From assembly GCA_963809035.1 (NCBI GenBank), contig CAWEHV010000002.1, positions 2,173,601 through 2,237,600 on the forward strand: 64,000 nt of DNA, given 5' to 3'. Shown here in pieces: positions 1-8,561 of this stretch; position 1 is the stretch's first letter, and each line of letters opens with the position of its first letter. The stretch is from an uncultured Thermoplasmata archaeon (GTDB lineage Archaea; Thermoplasmatota; Thermoplasmata; Lutacidiplasmatales; UBA184). A program made the translations under genes and the position numbers. The notes beneath the pieces are model-generated. The model saw nothing but the letters and a program-made list of their open reading frames with translations, had not been told where the DNA came from and did no database searches.

Positions 1-1743
1 CTCCGGAACGGTCTGGCACGCCGACTCGATCTCCTTCGTCCCCAGCCGGTGGCCGGCGACGTTGATGACATCGTCCACGCGGCCCAGGATCCGCAGGTAC
101 CCGTCGGCTGCCCAGACGGCCCCGTCGCCCGCAAAGTACGGCCAGTCGTGCCAGTCGGTGCTGCGCTCGTTCTTGTTGTACTTGGCATAGTAGGTCAGGA
201 CGAAGCGCTCCGGGTCACCCCAGATCGTCTGGAAGATCCCGGGCCAAGGGTTGCGGATGCAGATGTTCCCCGCCTTGCCCGCGCCCGCGGGGATCTCCTT
301 GCCGTTCTCGTCGTAGATGATCGGGTAGATCCCGATCATCGGCGGTCCGGCGCTGCCGGGCTTCATCGGGTCGAGTGCCGGCTTGGTCGACGCGAGAAAA
401 CCTCCGTTCTCGGTCTGCCACCAGGTGTCGGTGATGGTGGCCTGGCTCTGGCCGACGACCTCGTAGTACCATTTCCAGGTCTCGGGCTCGATCGGCTCCC
501 CGACCGTCGTCATCGACTTGAACCGGTAGTGGTACTTCTTGGGCTCCTCGGGGCCTATCCTCCGCAACGCCCGGATCGCGGTGGGGGAGGTGTGGAAGAT
601 GTTCACTCCGAGCCGTTCGGCGATCCGCCACGGCCGACCCGCGTCGGGGTAGGTCGGGACACCCTCGTAGATGACGGACGTCGCCGCGAGCGCGAGGGGT
701 CCGTAGACGATGTACGAGTGGCCCGTGATCCAGCCGATGTCCGCCATGCACCAGTAGACGTCGGTCGGGTGGATGTCCTGGATGTACTTCGACGTCCCCG
801 TGACGTACGCGAGATAGCCTCCCGTGCTGTGCTGGCAGCCCTTGGGCTTGCCGGTCGATCCGCTCGTGTACATGAGGAACAACGGCGCCTCGGCGGGCAT
901 CGACAACGGGTCGACGCGCTTCCCCGCGTACTGCTTGAGAACATCATTGACGATGAAATCGCGGCCCTCCACCATGGGGGTGGAGCTCGCGGACTTGTCG
1001 CGGAACCGCTTCCAGATGAGGACCTTCTCGACGTTCGTGCCCTCCTCGGCTGCCTTGCGAACCGCAATGTCCGCGTTCGCCTTGTGGTCGAGCAGCTTGC
1101 CGCTCCGGTAGTAGCCGTCCATCGAGATCAGGACCCGACTGCCGGAGTCGACGATCCGCGACCCGCACGCCTCCCCGCTGAATCCCCCGAAGACCACCGA
1201 ATGGATGATCCCGAGGCGCGCGCAAGCGAGCATCGTGATCGGGAGCTCCGCGACCATCGGCATGTGGATCGTGACCCGGTCCCCGGTCTTCAACCCGCAG
1301 AAATCGCGCAGGAGGGCCGCCATCTCGTTCACTCGAACGAACAGTTCCTGGTAGGTGAGCGCCACCGGGGGTTCGTCCTCTGCCTCCGAGACGAAGATGA
1401 TCGCTGCCTTGTTCCGGTACTTCTCCAGGTTGCGGTCCACGCAATTGTAGCTAACGTTCAGCTTCCCGCCGACGAACCACTTCCAGAACGGGGCGTTGCT
1501 CGTGTCGAGGGTTGTCGTCCAGTACTTGTCCCAGCTCAGCAGGTCGGCGTACTCTCGATAGCACTCCGGGAAGTTCTTCTCGGCGAATCGCTCATTGACG
1601 TTCGGGTCGGTCAGGTTCGCTTGGCCGATGAAGCTCGGCTTCGGATAGAAGACCGCCTCCTCCTTCCAATGGACCGCGATCTCGGCCTCGGAGAGTCGGG
1701 GCTCCTCTTCCTTCCCCGCGGCGGCGTTGGTAGCTGACGGCAT
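1..1743 (-). CDS. acs: Acetyl-CoA synthetase (AMP-forming), N-terminal ~580 aa; C-terminus lies beyond window start
   Basis: Uninterrupted minus-strand frame from ATG (revcomp of cat 1741-1743) to the window edge. It is absent from the ORF track because no stop lies inside the window. Translation MPSATNAAAGKEEEP...MYTSGSTGKPKG...WWQTENGG...YFAGDGA matches AMP-forming acetyl-CoA synthetase motifs. The plus-strand ORF 49..1737 is its antisense shadow. Confidence 0.92.
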   Translation of the reverse strand, partial: MPSATNAAAGKEEEPRLSEAEIAVHWKEEAVFYPKPSFIGQANLTDPNVNERFAEKNFPECYREYADLLSWDKYWTTTLDTSNAPFWKWFVGGKLNVSYNCVDRNLEKYRNKAAIIFVSEAEDEPPVALTYQELFVRVNEMAALLRDFCGLKTGDRVTIHMPMVAELPITMLACARLGIIHSVVFGGFSGEACGSRIVDSGSRVLISMDGYYRSGKLLDHKANADIAVRKAAEEGTNVEKVLIWKRFRDKSASSTPMVEGRDFIVNDVLKQYAGKRVDPLSMPAEAPLFLMYTSGSTGKPKGCQHSTGGYLAYVTGTSKYIQDIHPTDVYWCMADIGWITGHSYIVYGPLALAATSVIYEGVPTYPDAGRPWRIAERLGVNIFHTSPTAIRALRRIGPEEPKKYHYRFKSMTTVGEPIEPETWKWYYEVVGQSQATITDTWWQTENGGFLASTKPALDPMKPGSAGPPMIGIYPIIYDENGKEIPAGAGKAGNICIRNPWPGIFQTIWGDPERFVLTYYAKYNKNERSTDWHDWPYFAGDGAVWAADGYLRILGRVDDVINVAGHRLGTKEIESACQTVPE

Positions 1744-1780
1744 CTCGGTGGACCCCGGTCCGCGCGGCGAGGGTCCTTCG

Positions 1781-1792
1781 GAATATAATTGG
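1781..1792 (-). promoter_or_regulatory. AT-rich TATA-like box (ccaATTATATTc on minus strand) ~35 nt upstream of the acs start
   Basis: It is the only AT-rich hexamer cluster in GC-rich DNA, and it sits at the expected archaeal TATA distance from ATG 1743. Confidence 0.4.
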
Positions 1793-2124
1793 TTACGCGT
1801 TTGCATGGGATGCCCTCTCATGGTGCGGGACGCCCCGCCGCGGTGCGCACCGGGGAATCCAAAGATAGGCACGGCGGCAGGCGGGTCGACCGGAATTCGG
1901 GGGCGGGAGCTGGATCGGGCGGGCCAGGAGAGGATTGGGACCTGCGCCCTTCCCCGCGCCGAGACCTCGGAGCGCTCACGCGGTGGCGGGTCGAACCAGT
2001 CACGGCGGAGCCGGCTCCGAGGTCCGCTCACGATCGAGGGAACGACGATGAGGCCTCATCCGGCAGAAAACCAGACATCGATGCAACGACAATCGCACAC
2101 TCGGCCCAGCGATGAAGGCGGGAA

Positions 2125-3105
2125 TCACTCGGCCGATTTCGTAAGCCCCAATCCAGCGAGGTCTCGCTGCATTTCATCCCTCTCCACGGGGGTCAAAGGC
2201 AGGAGCGGCGGTCGAACGGGTCCCCCGGCCATTCCCATCAGCTCGCCCCAGTGCTTCACCATTTGGACCGGGAGGGCGCCACCCGTACGTCCGGCCAGTC
2301 GCGACCACCATTTTCGGGACACAGCCTTGATGGGTTGGATCTTCGGGTACAGGCGGAGCGCCTCCTCCCAGTGTCCTTGGGTCGCGAGGTCGATGAATCG
2401 AACGTAGTGGTTCGAGGTGGGGGTGTCGAATCTCCAGTCGCTCGTGTTCGCAAACATCACCTGCTGATGGATGCCGTAGGGTTCCCCGACGAAGAAGATC
2501 TCCTCGTCCGGCATGCTCACGACCGCCTTACTACCCGCTTCGAGGTGAGTATCGATCGAGAGCTGGATGTTGAAACTCGCTTCCTTGATGGCGATTAGGG
2601 TTGGCAGGTCGGCCATCCGTGACAGTGCCCTGGCGGAGAGGACAATACCGAACTGGGGCGAGTTGTAGAACGCAATGCCAATGTTGACCCGCTCGGCAAT
2701 GCGGGAGACCCAATCGAGGACTTGTTCTTCGGTCTTCGTTACGATGTAGGGCGAAGCAAGAATCACGAAGTCGAACCCAAGCTCCTCGGCTCGATGGGCC
2801 ATTGCGACAACGTCCTTCAGAGCGGTGTCCGTGACCTGGAATGCGACCAAAGCCCGGCCTCGTACGAGTTGTGGAGCGAGCTCCATCAGACGGTACCGTT
2901 CCTCCCGTGTCAGGCTCCAGAACTCCCCCATGTTCCACGAGAAACCTAGTCCGCGGGTGCCGAGGCGGAGGACGTGCTCAATATTGGCGGCGAGTCCTTT
3001 CTCGTCAAGTTCGTCATCGTCAGTGAACGGGGTGATCATGGTCGTCCACTGTCCGACGAGCTTCTCTCGGGCCCACGCCTTGGCGTCCGATCGCGTGTAA
3101 TGCAC
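2125..3105 (-). CDS. Dihydrodipicolinate synthase / N-acetylneuraminate lyase family protein (class I aldolase)
   Basis: 326-aa ORF with GTG start. Motifs GxGEF...T..E and IAIKEASF (Schiff-base Lys) are typical of the DapA/NAL family. The true start may be the internal MITPFTDDD (ATG at 3039). Confidence 0.65.
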   Translation of the reverse strand: MHYTRSDAKAWAREKLVGQWTTMITPFTDDDELDEKGLAANIEHVLRLGTRGLGFSWNMGEFWSLTREERYRLMELAPQLVRGRALVAFQVTDTALKDVVAMAHRAEELGFDFVILASPYIVTKTEEQVLDWVSRIAERVNIGIAFYNSPQFGIVLSARALSRMADLPTLIAIKEASFNIQLSIDTHLEAGSKAVVSMPDEEIFFVGEPYGIHQQVMFANTSDWRFDTPTSNHYVRFIDLATQGHWEEALRLYPKIQPIKAVSRKWWSRLAGRTGGALPVQMVKHWGELMGMAGGPVRPPLLPLTPVERDEMQRDLAGLGLTKSAE

Positions 3106-3142
3106 GGTTTACTCCCGCAGATCCGTTACGTTTCGTCTCGAA

Positions 3143-3427
3143 TCAGCGTTGACTTATCACGGCTCCCGAAACCACCGTTTCCGCACGACTTCCACCCTTC
3201 GCAATGAGCAACTCGAAGACGTCACCTGTTCGTTGTTCGTTCAAAATTCGATGCCCCTTTCGGTCGGCCCATGCACGAACGTCGATCCGATTCGGCACGT
3301 CATTCACCAGGACTCGGGCCCGGCTGCCCGAGGGGAGGTCGGCGAATGTGGCTTCGAGCCGAGCGATAGCCCCCTTGCAAGTCAGAAGGGTGCCGTCGAC
3401 CGTCATGGCCACGTCGGGGGCGCTCAC
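3143..3427 (-). CDS. TusA/SirA-like small sulfur-carrier fold protein
   Basis: 94 aa with GTG start forming a GTGA overlap with the upstream gene's stop. It has the two-layer alpha/beta TusA-like pattern (TVDGTLLTCKGAI...RVLVNDVPNRIDVRAWADRKGHRIL) with a single Cys, but no canonical CPxP motif. Confidence 0.45.
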   Translation of the reverse strand: MSAPDVAMTVDGTLLTCKGAIARLEATFADLPSGSRARVLVNDVPNRIDVRAWADRKGHRILNEQRTGDVFELLIAKGGSRAETVVSGAVISQR

Positions 3428-4188
3428 GATACAACCCGAGCGGCGGGAGGCTCGGCCTCGGCAAACACATCGATCTTCCCCGTGAGACGTTGTCGAAGCT
3501 CCTCCCGAAGAGCTGCCACAGCGGAGGCGACAACATTTCCGCCCTCTCGATCGCCGCGAGTGCAGACAGCGCCCCGAACCCCAACGATATCGGGATTGAT
3601 CCGGACGAGCGTGTGTAGATTCGCCACCTTGAGGGCTCCCGAAAGGGCCGTGCTCATTCCCCCTTCTTTGGCCTCCAAGACGAGCTCCTTCAGCTGCGGC
3701 TCGCCGAGGAAGTCGAAGAGATTCCGACCATCCTTTACGAGCGTGTCGATGAGCATGCCGTCACTCCGACTCTCGCGGCCGAGCTTCACTACCAGCGTGG
3801 GGTCAATTCCGCCGTAGAGGTGACTATCCGCGAACGTCGCGGCGATGAGCTTGGTATCAAATCCCTCGAGCGCCCGCCGACTCTCCTGGAGAATTCGGAG
3901 GGCGGTGGCGTAATCGCTCTCGACAAAACCGACCTTCACGGATGTCGCACCCAGAGCGGCGGCACCGTAGACCGCCATGGACACGGTCCCGGCCTGATTC
4001 GGCACCACGCCGAGGGTGACACTCACGTGCATCGGCGGCGGGAAGGCCCTGCGAACCTCTCGGATAACGGGTGGAAAGTTGGATCCGACCATCATTTCGC
4101 GTAGGTTTTTCACGTCCACAATGTCCGCTCCACCGGCGGCCGCTTCGCGCGCCTCCTCGAGATTCTGGACGCTGACCATCAGCATCAT
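3424..4188 (-). CDS. MfnB-like (5-formylfuran-3-yl)methyl phosphate synthase family / DUF556 TIM-barrel protein
   Basis: GADIVDVKNL...NFPPVIREV matches the MfnB Schiff-base Lys region. The ORF track begins at a TTG (4200); ATG candidates are at 4188 and 4185 (MMLMVSV). A TAATAA element lies ~30 nt upstream. Confidence 0.55.
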   Translation of the reverse strand: MMLMVSVQNLEEAREAAAGGADIVDVKNLREMMVGSNFPPVIREVRRAFPPPMHVSVTLGVVPNQAGTVSMAVYGAAALGATSVKVGFVESDYATALRILQESRRALEGFDTKLIAATFADSHLYGGIDPTLVVKLGRESRSDGMLIDTLVKDGRNLFDFLGEPQLKELVLEAKEGGMSTALSGALKVANLHTLVRINPDIVGVRGAVCTRGDREGGNVVASAVAALREELRQRLTGKIDVFAEAEPPAARVVS

Positions 4189-4498
4189 GGTGCACAGCAA
4201 TCGCGGGTCGGCTTATTACAGGGCAGGGTGGAAGGTCTACTGGTCAACCCGGAGTCGACGAGCCAAGTGAGAGCATACCCCATCGACGAGGTTGGCCGCT
4301 CGCCAACTCTTCGGACCGAGCTCGACTCACTCGCGGAAACCAACCTGAGTCTGACCTGCGAGCAAGTGTAACTACAATTGCCCGTAGCCCGTTCGCGAGA
4401 GTTCTCTCGAGCGCTTCGGCTCAGCTATGGGAGAATCAAGCCGGGCGAACCCTGGGCAGGTCTACTTTCGGACGGTGCTGTTGGCGCATGATCGAGAA

Positions 4499-5197
4499 CT
4501 AACCGCGGACCTGACCATCGCTCCTCGCCGCCGCCGGAACGGAAACAAGGTGGGGGAGCGAGACCAGCCCGAGGAAGATCAGGATGACCCCAATGAACTC
4601 GGCATAGTAGAGTGCTGCAGGGAACGACGCGATGTACAGGGCGCCTCCGGCCGCGAGGACCGAAGCCCCGATCCCCATCATCACCGTCCGCCACTGCCAC
4701 GATTTCCGTAGGGAGAGCACGACGGCGGCGAACAAGACCACCGTGGCCGGACCGGTGACCAGGGTAGAGAGGACGAGCAACGTCAGTGGCGGGTTGCCCG
4801 TGATGACCCCACCAGAGACCATGGTATTGGGAAGGGGCGTCGCGAAGCTCAGACCGCCGACCAACGCGCATGCGGCCAGTGTGTACGCGGAGTAACCCGC
4901 TCGAAACCGGGGGCTCCGAATCACATGGGTACACCCGAGCGAGAGGACTCCCACGATAGCCGCCGACAGGAACACATAGGCCTGGAGCAGGGGCACGTCG
5001 ACGACACCGACGTACACTACCAGCTCTATTGCGGTCGCCACGGCGGCGAAACCGAGCCCCGCCCCCCAAGCCAACTGGCTCGCGACACGGACCCGTATGA
5101 AACGAACGAGGCCTCGCGCCGAGAGCGCCGCGAGGGTGGCGGTGAGAACCACCAAGGAGCCAGCGATTCCGAGCGCCATCGTGTCCACGTTCCCCAC
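4499..5197 (-). CDS. Hypothetical polytopic membrane protein (232 aa, ~7 TM)
   Basis: Hydrophobic segments throughout; it lies 20 bp downstream of the 551-aa membrane protein on the same strand, so a two-gene operon is likely. Confidence 0.6.
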   Translation of the reverse strand: MGNVDTMALGIAGSLVVLTATLAALSARGLVRFIRVRVASQLAWGAGLGFAAVATAIELVVYVGVVDVPLLQAYVFLSAAIVGVLSLGCTHVIRSPRFRAGYSAYTLAACALVGGLSFATPLPNTMVSGGVITGNPPLTLLVLSTLVTGPATVVLFAAVVLSLRKSWQWRTVMMGIGASVLAAGGALYIASFPAALYYAEFIGVILIFLGLVSLPHLVSVPAAARSDGQVRG

Positions 5198-5217
5198 CCC
5201 CGGCGTTCTGCCGCTGT

Positions 5218-6873
5218 TCAGGCCGAGGATTTCTCGGGTTCGGGAACCTTCGGTGTCGCCTTAGTCTCGGGCGCCTCGACCTCCGCCTCGGAGGTCGGAA
5301 TCTTGTCGAGGCGACCGACGTACACTGCGACCATCGCCAGGAGCAGGAATAGATCCATCAAGATGAACCCGACGTTGAAGACCCAATACCCTGAGCTGCC
5401 CTGGTCGGTTCCGTACCAGACGTAGACGTAGGCACCTACCGTGGCGATCAAAACCGAGATCATGGCCATCGCCGCGACCGGGGTCCGTACCCCTCGCTTA
5501 TCGACATAGAAGTCGACCGCGAGCAGGGACATGCAGACGAGCGTGATGCCGATCAGAGCGAAGTACTGCAAATTTCCGAAGACGAGGTCGGCCGGTCCGC
5601 CGGAAAGAGTCGCTTCGTGGAACTCGATGTAGAACCCTTGGATCGGGGTCGCGATGAAGGAGAAGATCCACGTCAGAAGGATGCTAGCGCGAACCGGGTC
5701 CTTCCAGGCCGGCCTCCCCCGGACCTTGGTATAGAGCAGCGGAACGAGTACGATTATGGCCCCCAAGGCGGCCCAGAGCATCGTGGTATCGTCCCCAGCC
5801 ATTCCGTTGGGTGCAGTGAGGGAGGTACCGAAGAGCTGGACGGACCCTCCCGGACTACTTGTGAAGAGGCTGTCCGGCACCCCGCCCGGAAAGACCGTCG
5901 TGAACCCCTCGAGGATGTACACGGTAGTCAATGCCAGTATACCGGTGATGCTGACCCAAAGGCCAACCTTGGCCATCCCTCGCTTCCACCCATCGAGCGC
6001 GAGTACGTCGAATCGCTTGGCCACCACCGCGACGACCCCGAGGATGAGGGCCATCACCATCATGTGGGAGTGGGAACCGAGCGTGACGTTGACCACTTGA
6101 TTAGCGCCACCCAACCACGCGATGTAGCCGCTGAAGATGGCAGGCGACATCCCGATGTCGATGACGAAGTAGTTCACCCAGAAGAGGACGAAACCGATGA
6201 CTCCGGCGATGAACGCCGAGACCACGGTGACGAGGGTGAGCCAATAAGTGGAGTCCATCTTGCGGAAATCCTTCCAAGACGGGAGGTACTTCCACTTGGG
6301 GATCATTCCGAGACGATTCTGACTTGGGTCGTAGGTTCCGGAGATCTTCCCGGGCAGGAGGTAGAGTTGGACGAGGAGCGCTCCTCCCACATCGGCGAGG
6401 ATGATGAGACCGAGGAGAATCAGACCAAGCGGGATGGGGGCCAGATTCGCGTTGAAAATTGGTCGAAGGTAGAAGAAAGCACCGATGGCCCCGATCACCG
6501 TCGCGGCAAGCGCACGGTACGGGATCGGGAAGTCGATGCCCGGTTCGTACTTGTCAAGGTCGAACGCCATGAAGACGAGGTAGACACCGAGCGACGCCAT
6601 CCCAATCGCGATCGAGTGAAAGTAGAGGTCGGAGGCTCCGAAGCCGAACGCCGGTGGCAGGCTCCCCTGGGCACTGGGGTCGAGACCCAGGATGTAGTAT
6701 AGTAAGGACATCAGGCCAATGATGAGTAGCGTGATCCAAATGTAGGTCTTCATCGGGTGCAGGTATCCTCTCTCGGTCATCAGATACCGACTCGAGGGTT
6801 TCGAACCCGCCGCGCTGGAGCGCGGCGGCTGGGCCTGGTCCGGACCCGTGCTTTCAGGTACCATGTTATCCAC
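5218..6873 (-). CDS. Hypothetical large polytopic membrane protein (551 aa, ~14 TM)
   Basis: Long ORF with regularly spaced hydrophobic helices and no recognisable family motif; it is divergent from ctaB. Confidence 0.6.
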   Translation of the reverse strand: MDNMVPESTGPDQAQPPRSSAAGSKPSSRYLMTERGYLHPMKTYIWITLLIIGLMSLLYYILGLDPSAQGSLPPAFGFGASDLYFHSIAIGMASLGVYLVFMAFDLDKYEPGIDFPIPYRALAATVIGAIGAFFYLRPIFNANLAPIPLGLILLGLIILADVGGALLVQLYLLPGKISGTYDPSQNRLGMIPKWKYLPSWKDFRKMDSTYWLTLVTVVSAFIAGVIGFVLFWVNYFVIDIGMSPAIFSGYIAWLGGANQVVNVTLGSHSHMMVMALILGVVAVVAKRFDVLALDGWKRGMAKVGLWVSITGILALTTVYILEGFTTVFPGGVPDSLFTSSPGGSVQLFGTSLTAPNGMAGDDTTMLWAALGAIIVLVPLLYTKVRGRPAWKDPVRASILLTWIFSFIATPIQGFYIEFHEATLSGGPADLVFGNLQYFALIGITLVCMSLLAVDFYVDKRGVRTPVAAMAMISVLIATVGAYVYVWYGTDQGSSGYWVFNVGFILMDLFLLLAMVAVYVGRLDKIPTSEAEVEAPETKATPKVPEPEKSSA

Positions 6874-7149
6874 CGTTCCTAGCGGGCCCGGCGGACCCGG
6901 GATTCTTCAATGGCAGGCAAACCGTCCCGCCTGCGCAGGTCCACTCCTGGGCCTGCAGCGTTGGCGAGAACCCACCTAATCCCATGCGCCGGACCTTGGG
7001 TGACTCAAGAGTGAGTCGAGGGTAGTTTGTTTCGTCAAGTGGGCTCGACGAGCCGGCGAGGTCAGCTGAGCTTTACGAGCCATACTTAGACGCGTCACGT
7101 CCTCACGCGGTCCAAAGGCGGAGCCGGGGCGGAGAGCTGGAACGATTCC

Positions 7150-8100
7150 ATGGGACTTGTCGAGGAGCGGGGAAGATTGGGATTCCCCACCGAACTCGAG
7201 CCCTCGACCGTTGTGAGGGCTCAGCCCTGGTGGGATTCCCTATTCGCCTACGGCCAGCTCTTGAAGCCGAGGATGGTGGCTCTGCTCGTGTTCACCGCCG
7301 CCGTGGGGATGGTGGTGTCAGCGAGCGCCCTCCGATTGGCTCTCAGTCCGGGGACGGTGTTGTGGGGCCTTGCCGCGATCATTGCCGGGACAGCCGGATG
7401 CAACGCTGTCACCGGTTATGTCGACCGGGATATCGACCGAATCATGGAGCGGACCCGCGAGCGGCCGTTATGCACCGGACGAATCGCACCAGCGACTCGG
7501 GCGGTCTGGCTCGGCGCTGGACTCCTGGGGGTCGCGCTGGTGCTCTCGGGTCTTCGCAATCCTCTCGCTCTCTCCTTCATGGCGCTCGGGATTGTCGACA
7601 ATGTTGTGATCTACAGCCTTTGGCTCAAGCGGACGAGTCGATGGAACATCGTGCTTGGCGGCATCTCGGGGGGAATGCCGGTAGCGTTCGGGTGGGCGTT
7701 TGTCTCCGGATCGATCGGACTTGCCACCGTGCTACTCGCCGCCATGGTCATTCTTTGGACACCGACTCACATCTGGAGTCTCGCCCTCCGCTACCGCGAC
7801 GACTACGCGCGCGCCGGGATTCCTATGTTACCTGTCGTGACCTCCGAAAGGACGGCCCTGCGATGTATGGTGGTCACCGGGGCTCTCCTCGTGCCTTTCA
7901 GCATGGCGCTTCCGTTCGCGACGCCGGTCGCCGGCCCGGGTTACGTGCTGGTCGCAGCGACCCTAGGAATTCCACTTCTTGCAATGAGCGTCTGGTTGTG
8001 GATTCGGCCCACACCAGAACGAGCGTGGACGTTGTTCAAATTCTCTAGCCCGTACCTGGCGGTCGTCTTTCTCGCCCTCTTAGTCAGTGCTCTTTGGTAG
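7150..8100 (+). CDS. ctaB: Protoheme IX farnesyltransferase (heme O synthase), UbiA family
   Basis: The UbiA prenyltransferase fold is present with the YVDRDIDRIMERTRERP motif characteristic of CyoE/CtaB. Confidence 0.8.
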   Translation: MGLVEERGRLGFPTELEPSTVVRAQPWWDSLFAYGQLLKPRMVALLVFTAAVGMVVSASALRLALSPGTVLWGLAAIIAGTAGCNAVTGYVDRDIDRIMERTRERPLCTGRIAPATRAVWLGAGLLGVALVLSGLRNPLALSFMALGIVDNVVIYSLWLKRTSRWNIVLGGISGGMPVAFGWAFVSGSIGLATVLLAAMVILWTPTHIWSLALRYRDDYARAGIPMLPVVTSERTALRCMVVTGALLVPFSMALPFATPVAGPGYVLVAATLGIPLLAMSVWLWIRPTPERAWTLFKFSSPYLAVVFLALLVSALW

Positions 8101-8275
8101 GTCCAAGAGCGGACTATCGTACTGCTTCGCACGGGGGAGTACTTGCCAACGGCGCAAGAGCATGGGTCAACCGCGTCCCAAGATTGAATATCGGAAAGGG
8201 ACGGCGGGGAAATCTACCAGCTACCCCTTTCAAACGGGGATCGGTCCGGCGGCGGGGGGGGTGGCAGACCCGCGG

Positions 8276-8285
8276 AGAGGGAAAA
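8276..8285 (-). terminator. Oligo-T tract (TTTTCCCTCTCC on minus strand) immediately 3' of tRNA-Trp
   Basis: A pyrimidine/T run directly follows the discriminator base, as is typical of archaeal termination signals. Confidence 0.5.
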
Positions 8286-8445
8286 TGGGAGCAGGGGGAT
8301 TTGAACCCCCATATGCGGGTCTCTCCGCGCGCTCCAGTCACTCGTCATGGGGGCGCGGTGCGCCCCTCCGCAAACCCTAATCTCAGGGGACCCGCAGGTC
8401 GCCCTGACTGGAGCCCGCTGGTCTGCCAAGTTAGCCTATGCTCCC
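8286..8445 (-). tRNA. tRNA-Trp (anticodon CCA) with an ~87-nt intron (approx. 8321-8407) after position 37
   Basis: Structure read by hand from the sequence. Acceptor 5' GGGAGCA pairs perfectly with 3' TGCTCCC. U8, A14, G18G19, A21 and U33 are present. The anticodon loop is CUCCAGA. The anticodon stem GCGGG/CCCGC forms only after intron removal. T-arm is GGGGG-TTCAAAT-CCCCC with discriminator A. TTTTC follows immediately as a terminator. The D-stem has one C.A mismatch. Confidence 0.8.
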
Positions 8446-8561
8446 TCCGGGGTTTCCCAGAGGACCGACAAGATATCCTTTTCCTAAGGACGCGGTAGTC
8501 CCTCATCCGGACTACCCTGGTCTCGGAACCTTTATGTTCAACCGCCTTTGCCTCCAGTACA

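Noticed and set aside
49-1737. Very long ORFs on the strand opposite confident genes (e.g. 49..1737 +, 12239..15010 +, 31102..32907 -, 40723..42735 +, 47390..48235 +, 54019..56448 +, 5617..6702 +)
   Set aside because: Their products are Arg/Gly/Pro-rich low complexity with no family motifs, and they mirror strongly conserved genes on the other strand. They are typical antisense shadow ORFs of ~67% GC DNA.
3424-4200. Methanogen origin inferred from the MfnB homolog
   Set aside because: No methanogenesis genes are present in 64 kb, while heme O synthase, uvrB and aerobic-type genes are. DUF556/MfnB-like proteins also occur outside methanogens.
8223-8240. ccccTTTcAAAcgggg hairpin downstream of ctaB as a defined terminator
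   Set aside because: There is a stem with a bulge but no following T-tract on either strand, so the evidence is too weak to annotate.
8094-8498. Protein-coding ORFs 8094..8498 +, 8114..8341 - and 8214..8429 - overlapping the tRNA locus
   Set aside because: They overlap a well-formed tRNA-Trp and its intron, and their products are low-complexity.
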